From positions 352,001-416,000 of the forward strand of contig CBDDBZ010000038.1 of NCBI GenBank assembly GCA_965225945.1: a stretch of DNA of 64,000 bases, written 5' to 3'. The translations under genes and the position numbers were made by a program. Below the pieces are notes generated by a model, which made no database searches, was not told the origin of the DNA, and was given only the letters and a program-made list of their open reading frames with translations. This document shows, piece by piece, positions 53,143 to 62,271 of the stretch. The first letter of the stretch is position 1. Each line of letters begins with the position of its first letter. The DNA comes from Alphaproteobacteria bacterium (lineage in GTDB: Bacteria; Pseudomonadota; Alphaproteobacteria; GCA-2731375).

Positions 53143-54221
53143 TGTACCGACTCTAACGCCTGTCGCCCACGAGCGACTTTTTCGAGTATGGCGGTGGCGG
53201 AAGCGGTCCATACGAAGGGTTTTGGATCGGCATTGTGGTGCTCGAGGTATTCCTGAATGGCTGTTTCGAGTTCGGCGACGCTCTTGAACACGCCGCAACG
53301 GATTTGATCGCTGGTGATCAGGCCGAAGAAGCGTTCGACCTGGCTGAGCCAGGAGGCGGATGTCGGAGTGAAGTGCATATGGAAGCGAGGATGTTTTGCC
53401 AACCACGCCTTGACCTTGGGATGCTTGTGGGTGGCGTAGTTGTCGGCGATCAGATGCAGGTCGAGCTTCTTGGGCGTCTCGGCGTCGATACGGCGCAGGA
53501 ATTTCAGCCATTCCTGATGGCGGTGCCGCTTCATGCAGTGGCCGATGACCTTGCCGGTGGCGACGTCGAGCGCGGCGAACAATGTCGTCGTGCCGTGGCG
53601 CTTGTAGTCATGCGTCATGGTGCCGGCTCGGCCCTTCTTGATCGGCAAGCCGGGCTGTGTGCGGTCGAGCGCCTGGATCTGGCTCTTCTCGTCGACCGAG
53701 AGAACCAGCGCCTTGTCCGGCGGATCGAGATAGAGACCGACGATATCGCGCACCTTCTCGACGAAGTGCTCGTCATTCGACAGCTTGAAGGTCTTCACCA
53801 GGTGCGGCTTGAGGCCGTGCGCCTTCCAGATCCGCTGCACGCTGGTGTAGCTGAGGCCGACGGCACGGGCCATCTTGCGGATGCTCCAATGCGTCGCCGC
53901 CTCCGGCGTCTCGTGCAAGGTCTTATGCACAACCCGCTCGATCACCTCGGCGCTCAGCGGCGGCTTGCGTCCCGGTCGCGTCGCATCGCGGCGCAGTCCG
54001 GCGATGCCTTTGGCAAGGTAGCGCTCCTGCCAGCGCCACACCGTCACCTTACTTTTGCCGACCAACCGGACGATCGTCATCGTGCCGATCCCGTCAGCCG
54101 ACAGCAACACGATCCGTGCCCGCCAAACCAGCTTCTGCGGCGTGTTCCGCCCAGAAACCAACCCTTCCAGCGTCGCCCGCTCCGCGGGAGACAGCCAGAT
54201 GCATGCCAATGTCTTCGTCAT
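52623..54221 (-). CDS. IS630 transposase copy 2, reading through the element end
   Basis: Same protein as copy 1 with a few substitutions; the target supplies TAC rather than TAG, so the ORF extends antisense into the RT gene. Confidence 0.75.
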   Translation of the reverse strand: MTKTLACIWLSPAERATLEGLVSGRNTPQKLVWRARIVLLSADGIGTMTIVRLVGKSKVTVWRWQERYLAKGIAGLRRDATRPGRKPPLSAEVIERVVHKTLHETPEAATHWSIRKMARAVGLSYTSVQRIWKAHGLKPHLVKTFKLSNDEHFVEKVRDIVGLYLDPPDKALVLSVDEKSQIQALDRTQPGLPIKKGRAGTMTHDYKRHGTTTLFAALDVATGKVIGHCMKRHRHQEWLKFLRRIDAETPKKLDLHLIADNYATHKHPKVKAWLAKHPRFHMHFTPTSASWLSQVERFFGLITSDQIRCGVFKSVAELETAIQEYLEHHNADPKPFVWTASATAILEKVARGRQALESVHYVPWRFPVSCNARNLSARGMSPWPSNQARVMASVAWGLRDLRHQPLPERAKIHARHSGTPRLRRKSACALVRLHCLSRTQRSFRRIHPSRRRSCLPQRAWRKYVTQPARKLFSSPTMRARLTPRLRRVISRTRCFARRRLWGAMPSDPSGKSRWPRNLRSQTGATALFSWLI

Positions 54222-54278
54222 TCCCCCAGAATCGCAGAACGCAAGCCCTTTGGGAAACTTTTGTTAGGATCGGAACAG
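53142..54278 (-). mobile_element. IS630-family element, copy 2 (inverted), in the intron domain V loop
   Basis: Near-identical to copy 1; TA duplicated at 53140-53141 and 54279-54280. Confidence 0.92.
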
Positions 54279-54408
54279 TAGAACGTATGCCCGGTGGTGT
54301 GGGAGGCGGGAACCGCGAGGAACCCGCCTACCCGATTTCGGCCGGACTCGTCCGGGGCCGCCGATTGCGGCACACTGTCGCCGATCGCCGTTTTCCGAGG
54401 AGAGTCCG

Positions 54409-54897
54409 ATGGACCGACTATTGCCCCTGGCGGAGCAAATCGCGACGCGTCTGAAGGCGCGGGAAGAGACGGTCGCGGTCGCCGAATCCTCGACCGGCGG
54501 CTTGGTCTCGGCGGCGCTGCTGGCGCTTCCCGGCGCGTCGGCCTATTTCCGCGGCGGCGGCGTGATCTATACCGCCCGGGCACGGTGGAGCCTGCTCGAC
54601 GTCACCGCCGAGGACATGGCGGTGGTCGAGCGCGCCTCGACCGAGCCCTATGCCCGGCTGCTGGCGGCCCGGGTCAAGCACAAGCTGGGTTCGACCTGGG
54701 CCCTGGGCGAGACCGGCGCCACGGGGCCGACCGGCAATCGCTACGGCGACGCGCCGGGCCACACCTGCCTCGCGGTCGACGGGCCGGCGAGCTTCTCTCG
54801 AACCCTGGAGACCGGATCGGACGACCGGGCCGAGAACATGCGCCGCTTTGCGCTAGCCTTGCTGGAAGGCTTTCTCGAATGCCTGGATCGCGCCTAG
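54409..54897 (+). CDS. CinA/PncC family protein
   Basis: VAVAESSTGGL, PGASAYFRGGGVIY, ETGATGPTG. Confidence 0.85.
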   Translation: MDRLLPLAEQIATRLKAREETVAVAESSTGGLVSAALLALPGASAYFRGGGVIYTARARWSLLDVTAEDMAVVERASTEPYARLLAARVKHKLGSTWALGETGATGPTGNRYGDAPGHTCLAVDGPASFSRTLETGSDDRAENMRRFALALLEGFLECLDRA

Positions 54898-55769
54898 GGG
54901 CGGTGGAGGTTCTACCCTCGGGCGATGCCTGCAGCGCCGAAATTCGCGGCGTCGACCTCACGCGGCCGTTGGACGAAGCCACGGCGGCGGCGATCTTGCG
55001 GGCCCTGGTCGCCCACGGCATGGTGGTGTTTCGCGATCAATCGGTCTCGCCGGCGCGACAGGTCGAGCTGACGGCGCTGCTGGGCGAGGTCGACCTCTAC
55101 AGCCTCTCGGAATATTGTCTTGGCGAGCAACCCGAGGTGTTGCTGGTCTCCAACATCCAGGAGGACGGGCGCAACATCGGTCTGGCGGATGCTGGCGCCA
55201 CCTGGCACACCGATTCCTCCTATTTGGCGATTCCGCCCTTCGCGACCCTGCTGCACGCGATCGAGGTGCCGGTCGCGGCCGACGGCCGGGTCCTGGGCGA
55301 TACCCTTTTCACCAGTGCCGCGGCCGCTTACGACGCACTCGACCTGGCGACCAAGGAACGGTTGGAGCATCTGTACGCCGTCCATTCCTCCACGGCCAAG
55401 CATGCCGCGCGGGCCCGCCTCGGCCGTTCCGACCGCAATCCGCCCAAGGCCGAGGAGGCGGCCCGCCTGGCCCCCGTCGCCCACCCGGTGGTGCGCCGCC
55501 ATCCCATATCGGGCCGGCCGGCACTCTACGTTACCGCCGGCGAATGCATCGCCATTCCGGGGATCGACGAGATGGAGGCCTCGGCGTTGATCGACCGGCT
55601 GACGCAACGGATCATCGACCCGATGTTCCACCATCGCCACCAGTGGGAAGCGGGCGATTTCGTCATTTGGGACAACTGCCAGCTACAGCATCTGGCGATC
55701 AAGGACTATGACCTGCCGCTCCGTCGCCTGATGCACCGCACCCAGGTCGAAGGCACGAAGCCGATCTGA
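54879..55769 (+). CDS. TauD/TfdA family Fe(II)/2-oxoglutarate dioxygenase
   Basis: AEIRGVDL, WHTDSSY, GDTLF, HPVVRRHP, WDNCQLQH, RLMHR. Confidence 0.88.
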   Translation: MPGSRLGAVEVLPSGDACSAEIRGVDLTRPLDEATAAAILRALVAHGMVVFRDQSVSPARQVELTALLGEVDLYSLSEYCLGEQPEVLLVSNIQEDGRNIGLADAGATWHTDSSYLAIPPFATLLHAIEVPVAADGRVLGDTLFTSAAAAYDALDLATKERLEHLYAVHSSTAKHAARARLGRSDRNPPKAEEAARLAPVAHPVVRRHPISGRPALYVTAGECIAIPGIDEMEASALIDRLTQRIIDPMFHHRHQWEAGDFVIWDNCQLQHLAIKDYDLPLRRLMHRTQVEGTKPI

Positions 55770-56012
55770 GGCGCGGGCGTGGCGACGAATAACCCGTTGA
55801 GCCGGGGGAGCTGCGCAGCCGGGACTTATGTCGATGGGTGGAAGCGGTCTGCGTCTGCTTCCTCTTCTCCGACCCCGGTCCGTCTCCCGGGGGGCCTCCA
55901 CCGGGACTTGTGAGGCACCGCTTATACTGCCAAATTGCCGGCGCGCGGCAGGAGCGCGAGTTCCCCGCCGACGCGATAAGCCACGGTACACGATCGGCAC
56001 GGAGACGGGGCG

Positions 56013-57029
56013 GTGGCGGAGGTCCGAAGCCAAGTCACGAGCGGCAATCAGCCGCTGCTCGAGGTCCGCAACCTCAAGGTCGAGTTTCCGACCCGGCGCG
56101 GCGCCCTGGTCGCCGTCGACGATATCTCCTTCCACATCCAGCCGGGCGAGGTCCTGGGCGTGGTCGGCGAATCCGGCGCCGGCAAGTCGCTGACGGGGGC
56201 CGCGATAATCGGCCTGCTGGAGCCGCCGGGGCGGATCGGCGGCGGCGAGATTCTACTGGAGGGCCAGCGCCTCGACACCCTGTCCTACCAGGAAATTCGG
56301 CGGATCCGGGGCCGGCGCATCGGCGCAATCTTCCAGGATCCGTTGACCAGCCTCAATCCGCTCTACACCATCGCCCGCCAGCTCGTGGAGACGATCCGGA
56401 CCCACCTTCCGCTTTCCGAGTAGGCGGCCCGCCGCCGCGCGATCGAGCTGTTGCAAGAGGTCGGCATCCCCAGTGCCGAGGAGCGGATCGACCACTACCC
56501 GCACCAGTTCTCGGGCGGCATGCGCCAGCGGGTGGTGATCGCGCTGGCGCTCTGCGCCGAGCCGCGCCTGGTGATCGCCGACGAACCGACGACGGCGCTC
56601 GACGTCTCGATCCAGGCGCAGATCATCTCTCTGCTGAAACGACTGTGCAAGGAGCACGGCACGGCGGTGATGCTGGTGACCCACGACATGGGCGTGATCG
56701 CCGAGACCGCCGACCGCGTCGCCGTGATGTACGCCGGCCGCATCGCCGAGGTCGGCCCGGTGCAAGAGGTGGTGCGGCGCGGTAAGCATCCCTACACCCA
56801 CGGCCTCATGGGCTCGATCCCCCACGTCGGCCAGGAAGTCGACGAGCTGACCCAGATCGACGGAGCGATGCCCCGGCTCGACGCGATACCGACCGGCTGC
56901 GCCTTCCATCCCCGCTGCGAACGCCGCTTCGATCGTTGCACCCGCGAGCGGCCCGACCTGATTCGGATCGAGGGGGCCGAGGTCGCCTGCCACCTCTACG
57001 ATTCGGCCGGACGGGAGGCTGCCGAATGA
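56013..57029 (+). pseudogene. dipeptide/oligopeptide ABC ATPase (DppD/OppD-like) with one in-frame TAG
   Basis: GESGAGKS, FQDPLTSLNP, TAG at 56421-56423 (LPLSE*AARRRA), then [29 protein letters not shown]. Confidence 0.85.
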
Positions 57030-58051
57030 GCGAGAGCGCCCGGACGATGGCCGAGGCCACGGCGCCACTGGTCGACGTCGAGGGGCTGGTGCGCCACTTC
57101 GACGTCTCGCCGCCGCTGCTGAATCGGGTGATCGAGGGCAAGGGGCGCTGTGTGGTGAAGGCGGTGGACGGCATCGATTTCCGCATCGGCCGGGGCGAAA
57201 CCTTCAGCCTCGTGGGCGAGTCGGGTTGCGGCAAGTCGACCGTGGCCCGGCTCGTCGTCGGGCTCTACCAGCCGACGTCGGGCGCCATCCGCTATGACGG
57301 GGTGGAGGTCGCCGGCCGGGCCCACGCCCGGGACCGCCGGCGCATGCAGCCCCGCATGCAGATGATCTTCCAGGACCCCTATGCCTCGCTCAATCCACGC
57401 TGGCGGGTCGCCCGCATCGTCGCCGAGCCGATCCACGCCCGCCGCCTCGTCTCCGGCAAACGCGAGGTCGCGGCGCGGGTCGGCGAACTGCTGCGCCAAG
57501 TGGGGCTCTCGCCGGCCGACGGCGAGAAGTAGCCGCACGAGTTCTCGGGCGGCCAGCGGCAGCGGATCTCGATCGCTCGCGCGCTCGCGGGCGCGCCCGA
57601 ATTCCTGGTCTGCGACGAGCCGACCTCGGCCCTCGACGTTTCGGTGCAGGCGCAGATCCTAAACCTGATGAAGAACTTGCAAGCCGAGCTGGGCCTCACC
57701 TACCTCTTCATCAGCCACGATTTGGCGGTGGTCTATCACGTCTCCACAGTGGTCGGCGTGATGTACCTCGGCCGGCTGGTGGAGTGGGCCGAGACCAAGA
57801 CGCTCTTCTCCGCCCCGCGCCACCCCTATACCCGGATGCTGCTCGACGCTATTCCCGACCTGGAGATGACCGGCCGGTGGCGGACCCCGGTGGCGGGCGA
57901 GGTGCCGAGCCCGATCAACCCGCCACCCGGCTGCCCCTTCCACCCCCGCTGTCCCCACGCCGAGGACCGCTGCCGATCCGAGCCCCCCCGCGCGCGGCCC
58001 GCCGGCGACAGCCAAGTCGCCTGCCACGCGGTGGAGGAAGGGCGGATCTGA
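57026..58051 (+). pseudogene. dipeptide/oligopeptide ABC ATPase (DppF/OppF-like) with one in-frame TAG
   Basis: GESGCGKS, FQDPYASLNP, TAG at 57530-57532 ([14 protein letters not shown], Tyr expected), [17 protein letters not shown]. Confidence 0.85.
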
Positions 58052-58246
58052 ACCAGCCGCCATGAATGGCGCCTTCCCGGCCGCTCCGAGCGGCTGTCCC
58101 AAAAAGGTGCGTTCCGGCCGGGAAACGTCGATCGTCGGACCTGGTCACGCCGGGGTTCAGGCGACGTCGCGGGCCACCTCGTCGGCGGAGGCGCGGCGGT
58201 CGTGGCGCGGCGAATGGCCGTAGGCCACGCGGTCCCGACCGTCTGT

Positions 58247-58441
58247 TTAGAACCGCTTCGACAACCCAGCGGCCTTAAGAATACCGTTGGCGGTATGGCG
58301 GGATTTTATCTTGCCGTCGACGGTGATGTTTCGGTTGGTGATAGGGCTCCGCTAGATGTCGTGGTCGCCTTTACCGTGGCGGACGAAGTAGCAGCCGTTC
58401 TCGCGTAGTAACTTGCGAACCTCCGGCGCTCAATCACTCAT
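58247..58441 (-). pseudogene. HicA-like toxin with two in-frame stops (not in the ORF track)
   Basis: MSD*APEVRKLLRENGCYFVRHGKGDHDI*RSPITNRNITVDGKIKSRHTANGILKAAGLSKRF; TGA at 58430-58432, TAG at 58352-58354. Confidence 0.85.
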
Positions 58442-58683
58442 CGGTCGCGTAGGCGGATCGTCGAAAATTGGTGCGACATCAGCACCATCGGAATCTCCGA
58501 CAGGGCGTCGTATTCGCTCTCCTGGCCCGCCAGGAGATCCGGGATCATGTTTTCGAGTTTGGCCTGAAGTTCGGGGAGGGTTTCCGCCTCGGTGACGAGG
58601 CCGGGAAGGTCGCTGCTCTCGGCCACCCAGACTTCGGCTTCGCCATCCCATTTGGCATGGACAATGATCGCGGCGTTGCGCAT
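58438..58683 (-). CDS. DUF1902 / HicB-like antitoxin
   Basis: VHAKWDGEAEVWVAESSDLPGLVTEAETLPEL...IPDLL; 4-nt overlap with the toxin start. Confidence 0.85.
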   Translation of the reverse strand: MRNAAIIVHAKWDGEAEVWVAESSDLPGLVTEAETLPELQAKLENMIPDLLAGQESEYDALSEIPMVLMSHQFSTIRLRDR

Positions 58684-58721
58684 GACGACAGTCCCCTTGG
58701 GCGCCCTGACCGGCTGTCCCA

Positions 58722-58751
58722 ATTAGGTGCGATCAGGTCGGGAAATGTCAA
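58722..58751 (-). promoter_or_regulatory. possible sigma70 promoter for the TA module
   Basis: TTGACA at 58751-58746 and an AT-rich CCTAAT about 18 nt downstream. Confidence 0.4.
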
Positions 58752-58776
58752 TCGTCGGACCTGGCCACGCCGGGGT

Positions 58777-59784
58777 TCAGGCGACGTCGCGGGCCACCTC
58801 GTCGGCGGAGGCGCGGCGGTCGTGGCGCGGCGAATGGCCGTAGGCCGCGCGGTAGAGCTGGCTGAAATAGGTCGGCGAAGAAAAGCCGCAGGCGAAGGCG
58901 ATTTCGGCGATGCGGAGGTTCGTCTGCTCCACCAAGCGCCGCGCCGTCTTCAGCCGGATGCTCATGTAATAGTGCCCGAGCGTGGTGCCGAGATGGCGGC
59001 GGAACAATCGTTCCAACTGGCGTTTGGAGAGGCCGACCGCCAACGCCAGTTCCGGCGGGCGAAGCGGCACTTCGACGTTGGAATCCATCAGCGCCACGCA
59101 TTTCACCAGCTTCGGATGGACCGAGCCGAGCCGGTTCGCCAAGGCCATCCGCTGCGGTTCGGTCGGCGCGCGCACCCGCTCCAAGACGAAGACATCGGAA
59201 ATCTCGGCCGCCAGATCCCAACCGTGCTCCTCGGCGATCAAGGCGAGCGTCATGTCGAGCCCCGCCGTCCCGCCGGCGGCCGAGAAGCGCTTGCCCTCCA
59301 ACTGATAGAGATCGGTGGTGGCCTCGATCTCGGGAAACGCCTCCAGAAAATCGGGCAGGATCTCCCAGTGCATGGTGCATTGGTGGCCCTGCATCAGGCC
59401 CGCCCGCGCCAGTACGAAGGCGCCGGTACAGAGCCCGCCGAGCTTCGCGCCGTGTCGCGCCAGGCGGCGGAGCCAGGCGAAGACCGCCGGCTCCCAGTAA
59501 GGCGCCGGTTCGAACGGACCGATCACCATCACGGTGTCGTAGGGACCGGCGTCCCGGATCGATCGGTCCGCGGCTTGCGCCATGCCGTTGCTGGCCTCGA
59601 CCGGATTGCCGTCGACGCTCACCACCTCCCAACCATAGAGCGGTCGCTCGCGCAGCCTGTTCGAAGCGCGCAAGGCCTCGATCGCCGAGACGAAGGCCAG
59701 CATGGAAAACGTCGGTGCCAGGAAAAAGCCTACCCGCCGCTCGGTCTCGCCGGCGAAGACTCCATGCCGCTCTGCCGCCGTCAT
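58777..59784 (-). CDS. GlxA-family AraC transcriptional regulator
   Basis: FSMLAFVSAIEALR, GLCTGAFVLARAGL, TMHWE, LSKRQLERLF, IAFACGFSSPTYFS. Confidence 0.9.
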   Translation of the reverse strand: MTAAERHGVFAGETERRVGFFLAPTFSMLAFVSAIEALRASNRLRERPLYGWEVVSVDGNPVEASNGMAQAADRSIRDAGPYDTVMVIGPFEPAPYWEPAVFAWLRRLARHGAKLGGLCTGAFVLARAGLMQGHQCTMHWEILPDFLEAFPEIEATTDLYQLEGKRFSAAGGTAGLDMTLALIAEEHGWDLAAEISDVFVLERVRAPTEPQRMALANRLGSVHPKLVKCVALMDSNVEVPLRPPELALAVGLSKRQLERLFRRHLGTTLGHYYMSIRLKTARRLVEQTNLRIAEIAFACGFSSPTYFSQLYRAAYGHSPRHDRRASADEVARDVA

Positions 59785-59927
59785 GTCGCCACCCACCTGT
59801 CGACAGTCTCCGGGACAACCGATTTCGGCAAGTCCGAATCGCGTGCTACAGGCGACGCTATCCCGCTTCAACGGCCCGCGCCAGTCAAATTTACGGCGTC
59901 GAATAGGGGCGCCGCCATGGCGCGGTC

Positions 59928-60614
59928 TCAGCGCCGTCGATACTGCGCGTTGCCGAACAGATTGGACCAACTCTCCTTGGTGAAGGTGCCCGCCTTGTCT
60001 TCCAGCCTGGCCATGTCGCGGGCCACGGCGGGGCGCGCGGAAACCTGGTCGAACCAGCGCCGGGCGTTGGGGAAGTCGTCCAGGTTCTGGCCCTGCCGGG
60101 CGTGCAGGCGGCACCAGGGGAAGATCGCCATGTCGGCGATGGAATACTCACCCGCGACGAACTCATGGTCGGCCAAGCGGCGGTCGAGCACGCCGTAGAG
60201 CCTTCCTGCCTCCTTGGTGTAGCGATTCATGGCGTATTCGATGCGATCGGGCGCATATTTGTTGAAGTGATGCGCCTGGCCCAGCATCGGCCCGAAGCCG
60301 CCCATCTGCCAGAACAGCCATTCGAGCGTCGTCAGGCGGGCCCGGGCCTCGCTCGGCAGGAAGCGTCCGGTCTTCTCCGCCAGGTAGAGCAGGATCATGC
60401 CGGATTCGAAGACGCTGATCGACTTGCCGTCGGGCCCGTCGGAATCGACGATCGCCGGGATCTTGTTGTTGGGGCTGATGGCGAGAAATTCCGGCGTGAA
60501 CTGGTCGCCCTTGCCGATGTCGAGGAAATGCTCGCGGTATTCGAGGCCGCATTCCTCCACCATGATGTGGATCTTCTGGCCGTTCGGCGTCGCCGCCGTG
60601 TAGAGGTCGATCAT
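59928..60614 (-). CDS. glutathione S-transferase (YfcG-like)
   Basis: TPNGQK, SPNNKIPAI, FESG, WQMGGFGPMLGQ, YSIAD. Confidence 0.9.
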   Translation of the reverse strand: MIDLYTAATPNGQKIHIMVEECGLEYREHFLDIGKGDQFTPEFLAISPNNKIPAIVDSDGPDGKSISVFESGMILLYLAEKTGRFLPSEARARLTTLEWLFWQMGGFGPMLGQAHHFNKYAPDRIEYAMNRYTKEAGRLYGVLDRRLADHEFVAGEYSIADMAIFPWCRLHARQGQNLDDFPNARRWFDQVSARPAVARDMARLEDKAGTFTKESWSNLFGNAQYRRR

Positions 60615-61774
60615 CCATCTCTTCCTTTCGTCTCTCGGCCGGCGAGAAAGGCCTTGAAGCGCCGCGCCACCTCCGGCGGCTTCACGGTGGGCCGGCCGAG
60701 CTTGGCGCGCGAGCCGGGTTGCACACGGACGTGCAGCAGGTGCGGCCCCGGCGTGGCCAAGGCCTCGGCGAGCGCCGCCTCGACGTCGCCCGCGTCGTCG
60801 ATCCGCGCCGCGCAGGCGTAGCCGCAGGCGATTGCCGCGGCGGCGAAGTCGACGCCCGGCGAGACGGTCGGCTGCCCGCCGGTCGAATCGTGGACGCCGT
60901 TGTCGAGCACCATGTGCACCAGGTTGGCCGGCGCCTCGGCGCCGATGGTGGCGAGCGTGCCGAGCTTCATCAGCATCGCGCCGTCACCGTCCAATACCAG
61001 CACCGGACCCTCGACGTTGCCGGCGACGCCGAGGCCCATGCCCGCCGCGCAGCCCATGGAGCCGACCTGATAGAGATGCTGCTCCCGGTCGGCGAGGGTG
61101 AAGAGTTCGCGTCCGCATTTTCCCGTCGTCGCGACGATTCCGACCTCGGGGCCGACGGTGGCCAGCACCCGCTCCAGCACCTCGATGCGTTTCGCCAAGG
61201 GGCGGCCGCCGCGCCGCAGGTCCCGCGCCCTGCCCGAGGGCGGCGGCGGGGCCGGCGTCGGGTCGAGGCCGCTATCTTCGACGCTGCCCTTGGCCATGAC
61301 GAAGGCGAAGGGCAGCTGGTCCGCCGCCATCCACGCGTACGCCTCGTCGAGTGCGGCCTCGATCTCGTCCGCGCTTGAGGGGAAGCTCCGGCGGCCGACC
61401 CGAATGGTGTCCAGCAGCGCGCCGGTGACCTCGCCCATAAGCTCGTGCTGCGGCTCGTCGCCGAGCCCCGGCTCGCCTCGCCAGGTGACGATCATCAGGG
61501 TCGGAATCCGGAACGGGTGGTTCAGGGAGGTCAGCGGATTGATTGCGTTGCCTAGCCCAGAGTTCTGGCACATGACCGTGGTCTCGCGGCCGGCCAGCCA
61601 GGCCCCAGCGGCGATCGCCACCGCCTCGCCCTCGCTTGCCGCGCCGACATAGCGGGTGGCGCCGTCGCCGATCACCCGGTTGATCATCGGCGTCAGGAAG
61701 GAGCAGGGGACGCCGGTGTAGAAATCGAGTCCGCGCCGGCCCGCGGCCGCCAGATATTCACCCGCCCGTATCAT
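60611..61774 (-). CDS. aepY: phosphonopyruvate decarboxylase (ThDP enzyme)
   Basis: FYTGVPCSFL, SEGEAVAIAAG, QNSGLGNAINPLTSL, WRGEPG..DEPQH, GSMG, DGDGA, HDSTGGQ. Confidence 0.85.
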   Translation of the reverse strand: MIRAGEYLAAAGRRGLDFYTGVPCSFLTPMINRVIGDGATRYVGAASEGEAVAIAAGAWLAGRETTVMCQNSGLGNAINPLTSLNHPFRIPTLMIVTWRGEPGLGDEPQHELMGEVTGALLDTIRVGRRSFPSSADEIEAALDEAYAWMAADQLPFAFVMAKGSVEDSGLDPTPAPPPPSGRARDLRRGGRPLAKRIEVLERVLATVGPEVGIVATTGKCGRELFTLADREQHLYQVGSMGCAAGMGLGVAGNVEGPVLVLDGDGAMLMKLGTLATIGAEAPANLVHMVLDNGVHDSTGGQPTVSPGVDFAAAAIACGYACAARIDDAGDVEAALAEALATPGPHLLHVRVQPGSRAKLGRPTVKPPEVARRFKAFLAGRETKGRDG

Positions 61775-61901
61775 CCATCCCCACTCCCCGATCGCGCCCA
61801 GCGCCGCGCGCTTCCGCTTTATGCTAGCTTGGCGCCGGCTCGACAAGCCGTGGCCTTTCTGTTCAGTCGTCGTTCAGGTGAACCGATATAGAACTGCGCG
61901 C

Positions 61902-62252
61902 ATGAGACGAATGACGCTTCCGATCTGGCTGCTGCTCGCCCTGGTGCTCGCCGGCACGCAGCTCGCCTCCCTCGCCCAGGCTCAGCGTGGCTATTGGAAC
62001 CCGGGGGGTGGCAGCGGCACGCGGGGCGGCGACGAGGCCAGGGAGGCCGGCCGTTGCGGGGGCGCCATCGGCCTGGAGGCGGTGCTGCGCCGGGTGCGCC
62101 AGCGCTATCCCGGCCGCTTGCTCGACGCCGCTATGTCTTGCGGCCGGCGCGGCCCGATCTACATCCTGAAGATGCGTGGTTCCGACAATCGCATTCGAGT
62201 GATCCGGGCCGATGCCACCAACGGCCGCATCCTCTCCCAGAGCCGGCGCTGA
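61902..62252 (+). CDS. exported PepSY-domain protein
   Basis: Signal peptide; LEAVLRRVRQRYPGRLLDA...YILK...DATNGRIL; upstream of a two-component pair. Confidence 0.75.
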   Translation: MRRMTLPIWLLLALVLAGTQLASLAQAQRGYWNPGGGSGTRGGDEAREAGRCGGAIGLEAVLRRVRQRYPGRLLDAAMSCGRRGPIYILKMRGSDNRIRVIRADATNGRILSQSRR

Positions 62253-62271
62253 GGCGCGGGGGAGCCGGGGC

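Larger units (their letters stand above)
48694..54336 (+). mobile_element. group IIC intron interrupted by three IS elements
   Basis: 5' GTGTGCCTGGCATGG directly after a terminator; RT ORF; rejoined domain V AACCGCCATGGTACGTAGAACGTATGCCCGGTGGT with CGC triad; domain VI ending CCTACCCGAT at 54336. Confidence 0.88.
58091..58853. repeat. 143-bp direct repeats (58091-58233 and 58711-58853) flanking a TA module
   Basis: Period 620; the copies include the 3' end of the GlxA-family gene. Confidence 0.9.

Noticed and set aside
48716-54281. 348-aa ORFs at 48716-49762 and 53235-54281, and the 482-aa ORF at 50016-51464
   Set aside because: Antisense shadows of the IS630 and IS256 transposases
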